Shown here piece after piece: positions 62,637 through 64,000 of a stretch of 64,000 bases of DNA (position 1 is the stretch's first letter; every line of letters begins with the position of its first letter). Both the position numbers and the translations under genes were made by a program. The DNA comes from Bryobacterales bacterium (lineage in GTDB: Bacteria > Acidobacteriota > Terriglobia > Bryobacterales > UBA6623): the NCBI GenBank assembly GCA_963422375.2, contig OY729427.2:1152001-1216000 (forward strand), read 5' to 3'. Under the pieces are notes generated by a model. It did not search any database. It worked only from the letters and a program-made list of their open reading frames with translations, and was not told the DNA's origin.

Positions 62637-63710
62637 ATGCTCGACTCCCGCCCCGTGAAGGACCGCGCCCGCGAGCTCGGCTTCGAGCTCGCGGGCGTGG
62701 CCCCGGCCGAGCCCACGCCGGAAGCGGCCTTCTACCCGCTCTGGCTGGCCCGCGGGTACCACGGGGCCATGCAGTACCTCGAAGGCCGCCGGGGCGCGAT
62801 GCGCGCCGACGCGCGCAGCCTGCTGCCTGCGGCGAGATCGGTGGTCTGCGTCGGCATGGTGTACAACGCGCCCGCGCCGTACTCGACCGAGTTCGAGGAC
62901 GGCGAGGAGGGCTGGGTGTCGCGCTACGCCTGGGGCGCGGACTACCACGGCGTGCTCAAGGAACGCCTGCGCTCGCTGGCGGACTGGATGCGGTCGCGGT
63001 ACGGCCAGGGGGTCCTCTGCAAGATCTGCGTCGACACGTCCCCCCTGCTGGAGCGCGCGTACGCCAAGCGAGCCGGACTGGGCTGGATCGGCAAGAACAC
63101 CTGCCTGATCAGCGAGCGGCTCGGATCGTGGGTCTTCCTAGGGGAGATCCTCACGTCGCTCGAGCTGGCGCCCGACAGCCCGCCGCCCGACCGTTGCGGC
63201 ACCTGCCGGCGCTGTATTGACGCCTGTCCGACGGACGCGCTCGTGGAGACCGCGGACGGGCCGTCACACGCCCTGGACTCCCGCCTATGCATTTCGTACT
63301 GGACGATCGAGCTGCGGGACGCGATCCCGGCGGAGCACCGGGAAGGGGTCGGGCACCACGTGTTCGGCTGCGATATCTGCCAAGACGTGTGCCCGTGGAA
63401 CAGCCCCCGCCGAGCGGCAACCACCGACGAAGCCGCCTTTCAGCCCGCCAACGCCAGCCCGGACCTAGACGAGCTCGCGGGGCTGAGCGAGGAAGAGTTC
63501 GATGCCCGCTTCGCCGGCACGCCGATCAAGCGCGCTCGCTTCGCCGGATTCCTGCGCAACGTCGTCGTTGCCATGGGCAACAGTCGGAATCAAGGCTTCC
63601 GCCCCGCCTTGGAGAGACTGGCCCGCTCGCCGGAGCGCCAGACCCGCGAGCACGCGGCATGGGCCTTGGAGCAGCTGGCTCGGGGCGCCAGCGCCGACGA
63701 GAGCACCTAG
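62637..63710 (+). CDS. queG: Epoxyqueuosine reductase
   Basis: SRYAWG.DYH, VDTSPLLER, GLGWIGKN, CGTCRRCIDACPT, CISYWTIE, FGCDICQDVCPWN. Confidence 0.95.
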   Translation: MLDSRPVKDRARELGFELAGVAPAEPTPEAAFYPLWLARGYHGAMQYLEGRRGAMRADARSLLPAARSVVCVGMVYNAPAPYSTEFEDGEEGWVSRYAWGADYHGVLKERLRSLADWMRSRYGQGVLCKICVDTSPLLERAYAKRAGLGWIGKNTCLISERLGSWVFLGEILTSLELAPDSPPPDRCGTCRRCIDACPTDALVETADGPSHALDSRLCISYWTIELRDAIPAEHREGVGHHVFGCDICQDVCPWNSPRRAATTDEAAFQPANASPDLDELAGLSEEEFDARFAGTPIKRARFAGFLRNVVVAMGNSRNQGFRPALERLARSPERQTREHAAWALEQLARGASADEST

Positions 63711-63733
63711 CAGCGGCGCGGACCGGCCGCTAC

Positions 63734-64000
63734 CTAGTCCCGGTCTTCCGGCTCCTCCGGCTCGGCATCAATGATCTCGAGCTGGACATCGCCCTCCTCG
63801 GCTCGCTGCTTCGCGGTCTCGGCGTCCACGACCTCGAGCGCCACGGGCTGCTCCATGTAGGCGGCGCCGGCGCCCGAAGTGAGCACCATCAGCCGATACC
63901 GCTTCAGCTCAATCGAGGCGGGCACCTCGAACGTGATCGCTTCCGCGGTCTGCTCGGTCAACTTCATCTCGACGTCTGTGCCGCCGACGGTGAGATAGAG
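63734..64000 (-). CDS. Hypothetical protein, 5' end outside the window (Ig/IPT-like beta-rich domain possible)
   Basis: Open frame to the window edge: LYLTVGGTDVEMKLTEQTAEAITFEVP...YRLMVLT...EQPVALEV. Confidence 0.6.
   Translation of the reverse strand, partial: LYLTVGGTDVEMKLTEQTAEAITFEVPASIELKRYRLMVLTSGAGAAYMEQPVALEVVDAETAKQRAEEGDVQLEIIDAEPEEPEDRD

Overview
High-GC bacterial chromosomal segment. The gene repertoire (DUF1501 and DUF1549/DUF1553 proteins, DUF1080, Tat-exported Gfo/Idh/MocA oxidoreductase and sulfatases, Tes-like radical SAM) suggests Acidobacteriota (Bryobacterales-like), possibly host-associated; this is inference. Intact core blocks (phoD-mutT-alkA-kinase, Nramp plus MgtE/CBS, eno, trpF, 2-oxoacid:ferredoxin oxidoreductase, hisZ-hisG, ggt, two sulfatases, purA, radical SAM, queG) alternate with short AT-richer islets. 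The islets are mostly decaying toxin-antitoxin or defence modules: a Panacea antitoxin, an Abi_C protein, a Sel1-repeat gene with a possible antitoxin tail coupled to RelE, HicB, an ABC ATPase plus PD-(D/E)xK nuclease, an ADP-ribosylglycohydrolase, and an HD dNTPase with a deleted partner. Mobile DNA comprises two inverted IS1595 copies, an ISNwi1-type IS1595, an apparently intact ISNCY element with a 6-bp TSD, a 255-bp MITE sharing its ends, and an internally deleted large-transposase remnant. No rRNA, tRNA or CRISPR array was found. The best leads are the Sel1-antitoxin/RelE module, the Tes-like enzyme, the IS-MITE pair with TANNTA targets, and a ~60-aa repeat on a secreted protease.
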